Shown here: in pieces, positions 1 through 10,164 of the stretch | Numbering within the stretch: the first letter of the stretch is position 1 | Layout: each line of letters begins with the position of its first letter | From: a virus | IMG/VR virus record: IMGVR_UViG_3300048104_000741 | Span: 1 to 64,000 of that record | DNA length: 64,000 bases | Direction: 5' to 3' (one strand) | The notes under the pieces: generated by a model | Seen by the model: only the letters and a program-made list of their open reading frames with translations | What the model was told of the DNA's origin: nothing | Database searches by the model: none | Program-made: the position numbers and the translations under genes

Positions 1-14
1 CAATAACCATGTAA

Positions 15-215
15 ATCGCTGTAAATGAAAACGACTTCCTATTATGGCAAATGAAGCTTCAAAAAATAAGGAAAAGAGGATTAAAAAGTAATTTAAAATT
101 CCTGTGTCAGCATTACAGCATAGACTTTGACGAATCTAAACTTCACGATGCGCTCTACGATATAACAAAAAATTACGAAGTTTTCAAGAAATTAATTTGG
201 GATTTTGAATTTTAA
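15..215 (+). CDS. 3' fragment of a DnaQ/DEDDh-type 3'-5' exonuclease (partial, window edge)
   Basis: Frame 3 reads ...LKFLCQHYSIDFDESKLHDALYDITKNYEVFKKLIWDFEF*; HxAxxD is the ExoIII motif. The stop abuts the dnaE ATG. An in-frame TAA at 12-14 suggests an edge artefact or truncation. Confidence 0.6.
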   Translation: MAVNENDFLLWQMKLQKIRKRGLKSNLKFLCQHYSIDFDESKLHDALYDITKNYEVFKKLIWDFEF

Positions 216-3200
216 ATGATATCTATAACTTTAAATAAAAAAGAATTAAAAAGCCTTAATGATCTGTCAATCAAAAGACATTACTCTAAAGATTCTAAAT
301 TTAGAGATTCAGGAATTTTAATTAAAGATCCGAAAGAAGTCTCTCTGCCTCACTTAATAGGGTTGATAGGAGAATATGCTTGGGGTAAATACATAAACGA
401 CTCTGTAGATAAAAAAATCTATAAAGTTAGAGATGATGGGCAGGATTTTGAGGGTACAGAGGTTAAAACCATAACTTTCTTGGGGGCTAACCCTGAATTA
501 AAAATAAAAACCTCAGAGTTTAACTCTAAAACTCCTAATAAATATGTACTATGTAGAGTAGATAAAAATAACTTATCAAAAGTAGATATTTTAGGGGAGA
601 TATCTAGAAATGATTTTAACGAGAGAAAGAGTATTAAAAAATATGGAATTAATAATCCAGAAAATTATATAGTGGGATTAAAAGAAATGAAATCTATTAA
701 TAAAAATTTATTTTACAATTTATTTGAATCTTACGATGGATGTTTTCCTCCTGGAGTCTTGCTGCCTTCCATTAAAATAACAGACTCGGATTATAAAAAG
801 CTAGGAGAGTCATCCTCGATTTCTAATTTCACTTTTTTAACAAAATTGTGTGAAAATTCTTTTTTTAATAAAAATCTAAACAGCCTTGAAAATTCTTCGG
901 CTTACGAAGATAGATTTAAGTATGAGTTGAGCGTCTTGGAGGAGTTAGGTTTTGTTGATTATATTTTATTAAATTGGGACATAATTAACTTTTGTAAAAA
1001 ATCAGATATTCCAGTGGGGCCAGGAAGGGGTTCGGCTGCAGGCTCTTTAGTTTTGTATTTAATTGGTGTAACAGACATAGACCCTGTGAAATATGATTTA
1101 TTTTTCGAGAGGTTCGTCTCTAAGAGTCGGGCAAAAAAAACCGAAAAAGATGGAGTAACCTACTTAGATGGTTCCTTGCTTGCAGACATAGATAATGACA
1201 TAGCTTACGAGCATAGACAAAAAGTTATTGACTATATAGAATCCCAAAACCCTTCGAGAACTTCAAAAATACTAACTTTAAACACTTTGAGCAGTAAGCT
1301 ATGCGTCAAGGAGTGTGGAAAAATAGTTGGAGATCTGCCGGAAAAAGATGTAAATTTGGTTAGTGATTCAATTCCCAAAAAATTCGGAAAGGTAGCCTCC
1401 CTAACTTCGGCAGTTAAAGAATCTGAAAAATTTAAAGATTGGGCCTTTGAAAACGCAGGAATTTTTGATGTTGCCCTAAAGCTTCAAGGCTTGAATAAAA
1501 ACTCTGGAGTTCACCCTTCTGGTATAGCTATATCAAATCAAGAGATATTAGATTTATGCCCTATGCAAAAAACATCTGACGGTGGAATAGTTTCAGCTTA
1601 CGATATGAATGATGTCTCAGAGCTCATGGTAAAATTCGACGTATTAGGGTTAAGAACTTTGAGTGTTGTGGACAGAATATGCAAAAGTTTAAATATAGAT
1701 TTAAAGACTTTAGATTTAAATGATAGCAAAATATTTGAACCCCTACGAGAAGACTTTAGAAATCCTCAAGGAATTTTCCAAATAGAAGCTGACACTAATT
1801 TCAGAGTTTGCAGAAAAGTAAAGCCCTCAAACCTAGAAGAGCTTAGCGCTGTTATTGCCATAGGTCGACCAGGAGCTTTAGATTTTGCAGATAGATACGC
1901 CGAATATTTGAGGACTAAGGAGGTTGATAACATACACCCCTTATTTGCAGACGTGCTTTCTTATACGGGAGGGATACCTCTTTATCAAGAGCAGTTAATG
2001 AAAATGGCGGTAAAGATCGGATTCAGTCTTGATGAAGCTGAGCAATTAAGAAGAATAGTAGGAAAAAAGAAAATAGATCTCATGCCTGAGTGGAGGGAAA
2101 AAATAAACACAAAAATAGCAGAAAACAATTTGCCCACTGAAGCTGGAGAAGTCTTATGGGGGGTGGCAGAAGATAGTGCTAATTATTCCTTCAATAAGAG
2201 TCATTCTCTTTCTTATGCGACCTTATCGGCTTGGACTTTATATTTAAAGTTTAAATATCCTCAAGAGTTTTTCTTAAGTCTTCTTAGCTTAACAAAGTTT
2301 GAGCCTGACCCTCAAAATGAAATTAACAATATTTCTCAGGATCTACCTCATTTTGATATACGTCTACTTCCACCAGACCTAGGAAAATCAAGCATGGATT
2401 TTGATAAAGAAGGTAAAAACATAAGATTTGGCTTAAACAGCATTAAAGGGGTAAGCGAAAAGTCTTTAGAAGCTTTATCTAAATTCAGAAAGAGCAAATC
2501 GCCAAATAAATTCGATGTCTTTGTCGCAGCAAAGCAGGCGGGCTTAAACATAGGGATATTAGCCTCCTTGATTCAAGCTGGCTGCCTGTCGGGGGCTGAG
2601 GCTAGTAGACCTCTTTTGGTTTTAGAGTGTCAGGCTTTTAATTTGCTAACGGATAGAGAAAAAAGAAATATAATTCTTCTCGGGAAAAAATTTAATTATA
2701 AATTGCTAGATATAATGCTAGCCGCAAAAGAAGGCTTGATGGCTGACGACGGAAAGTTGTTAATGAAAGAGTCTAGATTTAACACTTTTAAAAGTAAGTA
2801 CGATAAATATAAAGAAGTTTACCTACAAAATAGACAGTATGAAAAATTTGCTAATTGGTTTTTCGAGAGAAAGCTCTTGGGTTATAGTTATAGTGAAGAT
2901 TTAAAAAGTGTATTTAAAGATGGAAACTTAATTTTAAATTCAATTGATTATAATAATATGGAAGACAGAAGAACGGGGAAGTTTATAGGGGTGGTAGAAG
3001 ACTCGTTTAAAGGAGTCTCAAGAACTGGAAACGCATATCTAAAGATTTTAATGTCTGATGAGTATGGAAAATATGTAGTAATGCTTTGTGATAATAGGAG
3101 GTATCAAAGATACACTGAATATTATAATTCGCCAGAGGCTAAAACGCCGAAAAAAGATGATATAATCTCAGTGTTTGGTTCTAAATCGGGAGATGCTTTA

Positions 3201-3263
3201 TTCGCGGAAAATATCAGCTTATTAAATGAAAAAATTTACATGAAACTAGGAGACTTAAAATAA
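216..3263 (+). CDS. dnaE: DNA polymerase III alpha subunit lacking most of the PHP domain, with an N-terminal PD-(D/E)XK-like nuclease extension
   Basis: Motifs GPGRGSAAGSLV, ADIDND, HPSG, KFDVLGL, YQEQLM, YSFNKSHS, RFGLNSIKGV and a C-terminal OB-like region. Residues 1-157 contain GEYA...DDGQDF..EVKT. Confidence 0.95.
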   Translation: MISITLNKKELKSLNDLSIKRHYSKDSKFRDSGILIKDPKEVSLPHLIGLIGEYAWGKYINDSVDKKIYKVRDDGQDFEGTEVKTITFLGANPELKIKTSEFNSKTPNKYVLCRVDKNNLSKVDILGEISRNDFNERKSIKKYGINNPENYIVGLKEMKSINKNLFYNLFESYDGCFPPGVLLPSIKITDSDYKKLGESSSISNFTFLTKLCENSFFNKNLNSLENSSAYEDRFKYELSVLEELGFVDYILLNWDIINFCKKSDIPVGPGRGSAAGSLVLYLIGVTDIDPVKYDLFFERFVSKSRAKKTEKDGVTYLDGSLLADIDNDIAYEHRQKVIDYIESQNPSRTSKILTLNTLSSKLCVKECGKIVGDLPEKDVNLVSDSIPKKFGKVASLTSAVKESEKFKDWAFENAGIFDVALKLQGLNKNSGVHPSGIAISNQEILDLCPMQKTSDGGIVSAYDMNDVSELMVKFDVLGLRTLSVVDRICKSLNIDLKTLDLNDSKIFEPLREDFRNPQGIFQIEADTNFRVCRKVKPSNLEELSAVIAIGRPGALDFADRYAEYLRTKEVDNIHPLFADVLSYTGGIPLYQEQLMKMAVKIGFSLDEAEQLRRIVGKKKIDLMPEWREKINTKIAENNLPTEAGEVLWGVAEDSANYSFNKSHSLSYATLSAWTLYLKFKYPQEFFLSLLSLTKFEPDPQNEINNISQDLPHFDIRLLPPDLGKSSMDFDKEGKNIRFGLNSIKGVSEKSLEALSKFRKSKSPNKFDVFVAAKQAGLNIGILASLIQAGCLSGAEASRPLLVLECQAFNLLTDREKRNIILLGKKFNYKLLDIMLAAKEGLMADDGKLLMKESRFNTFKSKYDKYKEVYLQNRQYEKFANWFFERKLLGYSYSEDLKSVFKDGNLILNSIDYNNMEDRRTGKFIGVVEDSFKGVSRTGNAYLKILMSDEYGKYVVMLCDNRRYQRYTEYYNSPEAKTPKKDDIISVFGSKSGDALFAENISLLNEKIYMKLGDLK

Positions 3264-3264
3264 C

Positions 3265-5730
3265 ATGGAAGAACCATTACCAAATTTCACGCCTAGAGTG
3301 CAGCAGGCTATAAAAATAGCAAAGCAACAAAGCATACACAATAAAAATGAAATAGTAGAGCCGATTAATTTGCTTTTTGGAATCTTCAAAGTACAAAGCT
3401 CTTTCTTTGACTCCTTAAGTCGATCTAAGCTTGCGGATGAAGATTTTTCAAATTATCTTTCTGCGATAAATTTACCCTCAGAAAAATTCGACATATCCAA
3501 GCTCACTTATTCTAAAAAATTTAAAAATATTTTAAGAAATTCAGTTGAAAAAGCCAATTCTTATAATCATGATTACGTCGGGATAGAGCATGTGTTAATC
3601 TGCTTGTTGGAAGACCCAGATGTAGCCCTGGTATTTAAAGGTTATAACATTGACCCAAGATTACTATCTAGGCAGTTAGAGCTATCGCTATCCGACTCAT
3701 TAGACGAAAACGAAAAAGAATCCCACCCCCATTCCGCCGAGGGAGATCAAGCTCAAGAAAGTTCTTTCAAATCTAATTTAAATTTATCAAAATATTGCGC
3801 AAATTTAACTGAGTTGGCCTCTCAAGGAAAATTTGATAAAGTTATAGGTAGAGATTCATCCATACTTTCAATGATTGAGATTTTATGTAGGAGAATAAAA
3901 AATAATCCTGTTATACTCGGAGAAGCTGGAGTTGGAAAAACAGCTTTGGTTGAAGGCTTGTGTCAAAAAATAGCGAATGGCGACGTGCCAGAACTTCTTT
4001 CGGGAAAAAACATTTACTCCTTAAACTTAAGCACTTTGGTCGCCGGAACTAAATATCGGGGTCAATTCGAAGAAAGGCTTCAAGACTTAATAAATGAAGC
4101 TGTCGCCGATGAAGACTGCATTCTTTTTATTGATGAATTTCATACGATAACTGGCGCTGGAGGAGCTGAAGGAGGTTTAGACGCGGCAAACATAATGAAG
4201 CCGTTACTTTCAAGAGGGCAATTAAAATGCATAGGAGCTACCACTCCAAAAGAGTACAAAAAGACTATAGAAAAAGACTCTGCTCTGGACAGAAGATTTC
4301 AGCCTGTTTCAATCGGCGAGCCAGATCAAAAGGATTGTCTAAAAATCTTAAATGGAATCATATCTAAATATGAAGCCTTCCATCAAGTCTCTTATAGAAA
4401 AAATGCAATAAAACTCGCTGTAGAATTGAGCTGTCGCTATATAAATGACAGAAACTTACCAGATAAAGCAATTGATATCCTAGATGAGGCGGGCTCAAAA
4501 GTAAAGTTGAAAGCTTTAGATAAGCCTCTGGAGTCTAGAGAAATAGAGGAAAAACTAGAAAACTTAATTCAGGAAGAGCAGGACTGCACAATTAAATCAA
4601 AAAAAGAAATCCTTTCGCAATCAATAGATGATCTTTTTGATGAGTACCAAACTATACTAGACTCTTGGCAAAAAAAATTATCAAAAAAGAAAGTTTTTGT
4701 TTCTGCTTCAGATATAGAAATGGTAATTTCCGAAAAAACGAAAATACCCCTTTCAATCATATCTTCAAATTCTAATGAAAAATTTTTAAATCTAAAATCA
4801 AACCTGTCGAAAGAGATAATAGGCCAGGATTCAGCTTTAGATTCTATATATAAATCTGTACTTAGATTCGCCTCGGGATTAAATGAAAAAGGAAAGCCTA
4901 TGGGAACTTTTTTATTTTTGGGTAAAACCGGAACTGGAAAAACCTTAACTGCGAAAAAAATTGCCAAATATATTTTTGGCGGAGAGAAGAATATAATTAG
5001 ATTCGATATGGGGGAATTCTCAGACTCTGTAAGCTCTAATAAAATAACAGGTTCTTCTCCGGGTTATGTGGGTTATGAAGAAGGAAGCTCTTTAGTTGAT
5101 TCGGTTAGGAAAAATCCATACAGCGTAATATTGTTTGATGAAATAGAAAAAGCTCACCCAGAAGTCTTAAAGGTTTTGCTATCTATAATGGATGAAGCTG
5201 AATTAAAAGATAATTTCGGTAGAGTTGCCGATTTTTCAAACACTTTTATAGTTTTAACTGGAAACCTAGGGTCTGAGATTATAGAAAAGTCTTCAATTCC
5301 TTTTGGTTTTTCTCAAGAAAATTCTGGAGATTTAATGAATAGTAAAATAAAATCAAAAGTAGAATCTTTCTTTTCTCCTGAATTTGCAAATAGAATAGAT
5401 GAGCTTGTAGTCTTCTCGGATTTCGATAAAGAGTCTTTTGTCAAAATAATAAACATTCAACTTAAAAAATTAAACCAAAAATTAAATTCAAAAAGAATTC
5501 GTGTTTCCTTAGATAAGTCTATGGAAGATTTTTGCCTAAAAGAATTAGAAAAATCTAACTTGGGAGCTAGACCTATTGAAAGAATATTCAACCAATCTAT
5601 AGAATTCCATCTGTCGAAAAGTCTACTTAAGAAAGAAATTGAATCTGGAGACAAGATTGAAGTGTTAAAAGATGCTGAAGGTAATGTCGTGATTAAAAAG
5701 GTCAACAACACTCCACAGGAACAGGCGTAA
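3265..5730 (+). CDS. clpC: ClpC-like AAA+ unfoldase (ATP-dependent Clp protease ATPase subunit)
   Basis: Clp-N repeats (FTPRVQQAI; HDYVGIEHVL), Walker A GEAGVGKT, GTKYRGQFEER, Walker B FIDEFH, second NBD GKTGTGKT / GYVGYEEG / LFDEIEKAH, IPFGF as a putative ClpP-docking loop, short middle coiled coil. Confidence 0.92.
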   Translation: MEEPLPNFTPRVQQAIKIAKQQSIHNKNEIVEPINLLFGIFKVQSSFFDSLSRSKLADEDFSNYLSAINLPSEKFDISKLTYSKKFKNILRNSVEKANSYNHDYVGIEHVLICLLEDPDVALVFKGYNIDPRLLSRQLELSLSDSLDENEKESHPHSAEGDQAQESSFKSNLNLSKYCANLTELASQGKFDKVIGRDSSILSMIEILCRRIKNNPVILGEAGVGKTALVEGLCQKIANGDVPELLSGKNIYSLNLSTLVAGTKYRGQFEERLQDLINEAVADEDCILFIDEFHTITGAGGAEGGLDAANIMKPLLSRGQLKCIGATTPKEYKKTIEKDSALDRRFQPVSIGEPDQKDCLKILNGIISKYEAFHQVSYRKNAIKLAVELSCRYINDRNLPDKAIDILDEAGSKVKLKALDKPLESREIEEKLENLIQEEQDCTIKSKKEILSQSIDDLFDEYQTILDSWQKKLSKKKVFVSASDIEMVISEKTKIPLSIISSNSNEKFLNLKSNLSKEIIGQDSALDSIYKSVLRFASGLNEKGKPMGTFLFLGKTGTGKTLTAKKIAKYIFGGEKNIIRFDMGEFSDSVSSNKITGSSPGYVGYEEGSSLVDSVRKNPYSVILFDEIEKAHPEVLKVLLSIMDEAELKDNFGRVADFSNTFIVLTGNLGSEIIEKSSIPFGFSQENSGDLMNSKIKSKVESFFSPEFANRIDELVVFSDFDKESFVKIINIQLKKLNQKLNSKRIRVSLDKSMEDFCLKELEKSNLGARPIERIFNQSIEFHLSKSLLKKEIESGDKIEVLKDAEGNVVIKKVNNTPQEQA

Positions 5731-5752
5731 TTTAAATTATTTTCTACTTACA

Positions 5753-6604
5753 CTATTTTTTATACCTTGATAAAGCTTCTTCTAACGCTTGTTGAGCGGT
5801 TCTTATTTTAATATATTGTTCTACTTTTGAAGTGTCTAGAATGCAATTTGATCTTGGTGCGACAGTTTCTTTGCTAAAAGATTCGATATCGTCGAAGAAT
5901 TTGAAGTCTTTATTTGATAGCTTATATTTCTTGATTAACCCAACTACTCCTTTTGCGTCGATAAAGCCCTTGTTTGTTATGTTGTATATTCCTTTTGGGA
6001 CTTTTTGTTCTATCAAGTCAATGCTGTACTTTGCGAAGTCAGCTCGATGAGACAAAGAATTGTCTAGATTAAGCAGCTTATCGTAAGATAATAACTTGGT
6101 AATGTAGTTTCTGGGAGAGGCGTGTTCGTCAAATGGAATGCGCAATCTAAAGATATAAGCGTTTGGATTGTTTTGCTTGACAACTTTTTCGGCGAGAGCT
6201 TTTGTTCCGCTATAGAAACTACCGTTTTGAAAATGAAAGTTAGAAGGATCGTCTTCTGCAAAGTGCTTATCGTAGCCACCATAAATACAACCTGAAGATA
6301 TATGAGTTAGCTCGTAGTCTTTTTCGCGGCATAATTGCGCAAGCATTAAAGGTAGCAGGACGTTCCCTTCTATACAGTCAGCTTTAGCTAATTCACAAGC
6401 GTCAACATTTGGTTTGCCGATATATCCTGCGCAATTAATTATATGCAAATTATCACCTAAGATATAGAGGTTGTATTTAAGCTCTGCGAGGTTCGTGTAA
6501 TCTACATCATTTCTACTCCAAGCGACATGAGATAAACTGCGAGACTTCAGTTCTTTAATTATAGCTTCTGCTATATAGCCGTTTTTACCTAATATTATGT
6601 ACAT
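5753..6604 (-). CDS. NDP-4-keto-6-deoxyhexose 3,5-epimerase/4-reductase (RmlD/NRS-ER-like SDR)
   Basis: GKNGYIA Rossmann motif, AGYIGKPNVDACE, SSGCIY, YSGTK catalytic YxxxK, LRIPF. Confidence 0.8.
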   Translation of the reverse strand: MYIILGKNGYIAEAIIKELKSRSLSHVAWSRNDVDYTNLAELKYNLYILGDNLHIINCAGYIGKPNVDACELAKADCIEGNVLLPLMLAQLCREKDYELTHISSGCIYGGYDKHFAEDDPSNFHFQNGSFYSGTKALAEKVVKQNNPNAYIFRLRIPFDEHASPRNYITKLLSYDKLLNLDNSLSHRADFAKYSIDLIEQKVPKGIYNITNKGFIDAKGVVGLIKKYKLSNKDFKFFDDIESFSKETVAPRSNCILDTSKVEQYIKIRTAQQALEEALSRYKK

Positions 6605-7152
6605 GATTTTATAAATTTATCTACAAATTCTTGAATCTCATCATTGCATAATAAGTTCACATTTTCATGAATTTTTTCATCGTCCCAATCCCACCATTGT
6701 ATTTTAAGGAGGTTTTTAATAGTTTCTTCATCAAAACGAAACTTGATATGTTTTGCAGGATTTCCGCCGACAACTGAATATGGTTCTACATCTTTAACGA
6801 CATGACTATTATTTGCAATCACAGCACCATCACCAATTGTAACACCACTGAGTATCTTAGTATTTTCACCAATCCATACATCACTTCCAATAACAACATC
6901 TCCATTTGTGTTTTTAGATTGATTATTTGCATTTTTAAATTTATCACCAGACATCCCTTTGAGTCCTGGTGCTCCAAATGGAAACGTAGAAACATTGTTA
7001 ATATCGTGACCTTTGCCGTTTGATAGCATAATTTCTACGTTTGTAGCTATACTTGAAAAATTTCCAATAACCAATTTATGATTAAATAAATTCCAAGTTA
7101 CACGGCCACGAAAATAAGAATGTCTACCTATGGTAATTGGGTTAGTTTTCAT
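6595..7152 (-). CDS. Hexapeptide-repeat (CatB/Vat-family) O-acetyltransferase
   Basis: IGNFSSIA, VSTFPF, DVVIGSDVWIG, GVTIGDGAVIA, VGGNPAK, IQWWDW. Start placed at ATG 7152, which overlaps the upstream stop. Confidence 0.85.
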   Translation of the reverse strand: MKTNPITIGRHSYFRGRVTWNLFNHKLVIGNFSSIATNVEIMLSNGKGHDINNVSTFPFGAPGLKGMSGDKFKNANNQSKNTNGDVVIGSDVWIGENTKILSGVTIGDGAVIANNSHVVKDVEPYSVVGGNPAKHIKFRFDEETIKNLLKIQWWDWDDEKIHENVNLLCNDEIQEFVDKFIKSCT

Positions 7153-7586
7153 TTTAATATATCTGGGTTTTGTTGTATTGTTTGTTTGGTAATTAAATCT
7201 TTGAGTCGAGTGGTTGACCATTCATGGGAGCGAGTAGTATATATAACTTTTGGAGGGAGGTCGTGTCCTGTGAAACTTTTACCAATGTAATCTTCTCCAA
7301 GTATGCGAACATCGGGCTTCCAAAATTTAATCAAATCAATAAGTTCTTCCTCTGTCTGATACATATATACTTCGTCAATATATTTTATAGCCATTAAAGC
7401 TTTATATCGTTCATAATATGGTATAACAGGTTTGTATTTTGTATAACGCGTAGCGCTTGGATCTCGTTGTAAGAAAACTAAAAAACGATCACAATGTCGT
7501 TTTGCTTCTTCGAAAGTATAAATATACCCTGGGTGCAGCAAGTCAAAATTGCCTGCTGTAAATCCTGTTATTTCTTTGTTTTTCAT
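7149..7586 (-). CDS. Cytidylyltransferase (TagD/glycerol-3-phosphate cytidylyltransferase-like)
   Basis: GFTAGNFDLLHPGY (HxGH variant), GEDY, RSHEWSTTRLK. Confidence 0.85.
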   Translation of the reverse strand: MKNKEITGFTAGNFDLLHPGYIYTFEEAKRHCDRFLVFLQRDPSATRYTKYKPVIPYYERYKALMAIKYIDEVYMYQTEEELIDLIKFWKPDVRILGEDYIGKSFTGHDLPPKVIYTTRSHEWSTTRLKDLITKQTIQQNPDILK

Positions 7587-7587
7587 T

Positions 7588-8337
7588 TTAAATTATTTTG
7601 TGTTTTATTGGGTGAAAACATCCAATCGGGACTTCGTTTTCATTTTTATATTTTTGATTCAAAAAATCAACCTGAGGACGCCTAGCTAAATTTTCGGAGT
7701 CAAAAATTGTTTTGTCGACTTTTGGCTTTACATTCGTTAAATAAGTTAAGATTGACATTCGAACTTCGCAGAAAATATCTAGTTCATATAAATAATCATA
7801 TTTACTGGAGATTATTTGCTCAATAAAGTCTTTGGTTGTGTAAAAGCCGGCAAAAGGAGCAACGAAACGCTCAATATTTTTTTCGTATTTTAAAGCTTCT
7901 TCGTAGTATTGCCATTTAAGTTTTTTGATCCATCCCACCACAGTCGAATTAAACCCTTCAATTTTAATATGAGGAAGCTCTTTGTTTAGTAATACATCCC
8001 ACTCAAAAAATGCTACATTATTTGTAGTAATCATATGAAAATTATCTTTAAGCCAATTTCGTAGAAATTTGTCATGATTTCTTACCAATATATGCCTCAA
8101 TTCATCTTCATTAGAATCGCGTAATGCCATTTTTGAGAAATCGACTTCAACACCATAATTAACATCTTTTACTTTGTATGAAGAATATGGGGCTGGTAAA
8201 AAATATTCTCTACCATCTGCGTATAGAATATTCGCCGAGGGATTTGATTTTTCATAAAAAGAACTATGAATATGAGGGCAAACAGATGAATCTGCTGTAT
8301 GATATATTATAGTCCAGTCATTCTTACTCATCTTCAA
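7588..8337 (-). CDS. Hypothetical protein, possibly glycosyltransferase-like
   Basis: Lies in a sugar operon; FFEWDV (DxD-like) and C-terminal FHPIK as seen in GT-A folds. Confidence 0.4.
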   Translation of the reverse strand: MKMSKNDWTIIYHTADSSVCPHIHSSFYEKSNPSANILYADGREYFLPAPYSSYKVKDVNYGVEVDFSKMALRDSNEDELRHILVRNHDKFLRNWLKDNFHMITTNNVAFFEWDVLLNKELPHIKIEGFNSTVVGWIKKLKWQYYEEALKYEKNIERFVAPFAGFYTTKDFIEQIISSKYDYLYELDIFCEVRMSILTYLTNVKPKVDKTIFDSENLARRPQVDFLNQKYKNENEVPIGCFHPIKHKII

Positions 8338-8343
8338 GCTTCC

Positions 8344-9276
8344 TTATGTTAATTCTTTTAATCCTGTCTTAAAGTTTACACTTGGAAACCAATTTAGTTC
8401 ATTCTGAATTTTACTATTGTCAATTGCATAACGCCAATCGTGACCCAATCTATCTTTAATGAATTCTATCTGACTCTCATCTTTATCTAAAAGTTTGAGT
8501 ATAGTTTTAACAATATCAATATTGCGAACTTCATTTTTGCCGCCAATATTATAAACTTCACCAATTTTTCCATCATGCAATACCACATCAATACCAGAGC
8601 AATGATCTGAAACATGAATCCAATCACGAATATTCCTACCATCACCATAAACAGGGAGTTTTTTGCCTGCCTTGGCATTTTTAATCATTAATGGAATTAA
8701 TTTTTCTTCATGTTGATTTGGCCCGTAATTGTTTGAACAGCGAGTAATTAAAATAGGATAATTGAAAGTCTCATAAAAACTACGGCACAACAAGTCAGCA
8801 CTTGCCTTGCTTGCCGAATAGGGGCTATTGGCTTGTATTGGCGTGTTTTCGGTAAAGGCATCATCCCCTTCGCTCAAAGTTCCATAAACCTCGTCTGTGG
8901 ACACCTGAAGATATCTCTCGATGGTCGGACAATCATGAAGTAACGTGAGGAGCGAGTGTGCGCCATTTATATTCGTATGAACGAAAGGAGTCGAATCATT
9001 TATACTATTATCAACATGACTTTCAGCCGCAAAATTAACAATATAATTTATATCATTCTTTTGTATTAAATTACGAATACGATCTGTATCATTAATATCG
9101 CAAATGGATAAACTGTATCGACTTGAATTGTTAATTTCGTCACTGATGTTATCGTAGCTTGCTGCATATGTTTTTAGATCAACATTATGAATATGATAAT
9201 TTTTATATTTATTGAATATGTATTTTATGAAATTACTTCCAATAAATCCTAGCCCGCCAGTAACCAATAAATTCAC
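8344..9276 (-). CDS. rfbB: dTDP-glucose 4,6-dehydratase
   Basis: LVTGGLGFIGSNF, NFAAESHVD, STDEVYG, PYSASKA, RCSNNYGP, RDWIHV, DRLGHDWRYA. Confidence 0.95.
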   Translation of the reverse strand: MNLLVTGGLGFIGSNFIKYIFNKYKNYHIHNVDLKTYAASYDNISDEINNSSRYSLSICDINDTDRIRNLIQKNDINYIVNFAAESHVDNSINDSTPFVHTNINGAHSLLTLLHDCPTIERYLQVSTDEVYGTLSEGDDAFTENTPIQANSPYSASKASADLLCRSFYETFNYPILITRCSNNYGPNQHEEKLIPLMIKNAKAGKKLPVYGDGRNIRDWIHVSDHCSGIDVVLHDGKIGEVYNIGGKNEVRNIDIVKTILKLLDKDESQIEFIKDRLGHDWRYAIDNSKIQNELNWFPSVNFKTGLKELT

Positions 9277-9283
9277 ATTGAAA

Positions 9284-10111
9284 TTATTCGGGTCTTTTTC
9301 CTAACGGCTTTCCGTCTTGTCCAATTTCGCCAGCTCGTATCTTTGTGGCGGATACATCCTGAAGCTCTTTGCTTAGTTCAAGTTGTTCGATGTTATAACC
9401 GACCCCTCTCCCATAAAAAACATCCATAATATTGGGTATCTCTATTATTTTTATTTTATTTCCAAATTCTACGCAAGCGGCATGAATTTCTGCTTTTACT
9501 TTTTCAAAATCGTATGGGTTTTTTTCATCGATTCCCCCTACATCTCTTAATGCTATACAGCATTGGCCAGTTCTTTTAATTGCTTCAGCAACTAAGGTTT
9601 TGTGGCCCACGTGAAAAGGTTGATATCGACCAATGAGTAGCGCTGTAGGAGCTTGATTGTCCCAAGCTTCTGTTTTGTAAATGTTTCCTAACGCAGTTTC
9701 AGCCCATTCTTCGGGAGTACCATCTTCAAGGATTAAATCTCCTTCATCCCATCTTTCATCTTTAGTTGGGTCTTCAAATAATTTATTTGTATCCTCGTAT
9801 CTACCTTCTTTAATTCTGTTGACCCAAATCACAAAATCAGGGTTGAACAATTCTCTAGCTTTTGCTGTTGGACAACAAAAATCAGATATTACATAACCCC
9901 CTCCTAGCGCAGCCCAATCTGCGAGCTTCCCCATTCTTCTTGAATGCTCGTTCCTGTCTTCTTCTGAAAATCCAAGGTCTTTATGTATTTCTTGTCTTAC
10001 AGCGTCAGCATTAAACCATACAGCGTTTAGCTTTGGTACTAGCTTTTCAGCTAGAGTCGTTTTTCCTGATCCGGGCAACCCCATTATTAATATTTTTCTT
10101 TTTGTTCTCAC
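9284..10111 (-). CDS. cysC: Adenylyl-sulfate kinase-like domain fused to an HxGH nucleotidyltransferase domain
   Basis: GLPGSGKTT, NADAVR, DLGFSEEDR, FCCPT; C-terminal GRYQPFHVGH and SATKIR. Confidence 0.75.
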   Translation of the reverse strand: MRTKRKILIMGLPGSGKTTLAEKLVPKLNAVWFNADAVRQEIHKDLGFSEEDRNEHSRRMGKLADWAALGGGYVISDFCCPTAKARELFNPDFVIWVNRIKEGRYEDTNKLFEDPTKDERWDEGDLILEDGTPEEWAETALGNIYKTEAWDNQAPTALLIGRYQPFHVGHKTLVAEAIKRTGQCCIALRDVGGIDEKNPYDFEKVKAEIHAACVEFGNKIKIIEIPNIMDVFYGRGVGYNIEQLELSKELQDVSATKIRAGEIGQDGKPLGKRPE

Positions 10112-10120
10112 GACCTTTGT

Positions 10121-10155
10121 TACACTTTTTTTTTTTGCTATTTTAGATTTGTGTA
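10121..10155. promoter_or_regulatory. Divergent pair of GTGTA-N9-start promoters
   Basis: TACAC 10121-10125 lies 9 nt from the minus-strand GTG at 10111; GTGTA 10151-10155 lies 9 nt from ATG 10165. Confidence 0.65.
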
Positions 10156-10164
10156 TAATTTTAC

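Noticed and set aside
216-3263. Intein in DnaE
   Set aside because: No C/S...HN splice motifs or internal insertion; the extra sequence is N-terminal.
6595-7152. Antibiotic-resistance gene (CatB/Vat)
   Set aside because: The family motifs match, but the nucleotide-sugar operon context favours a glycan O-acetyltransferase.
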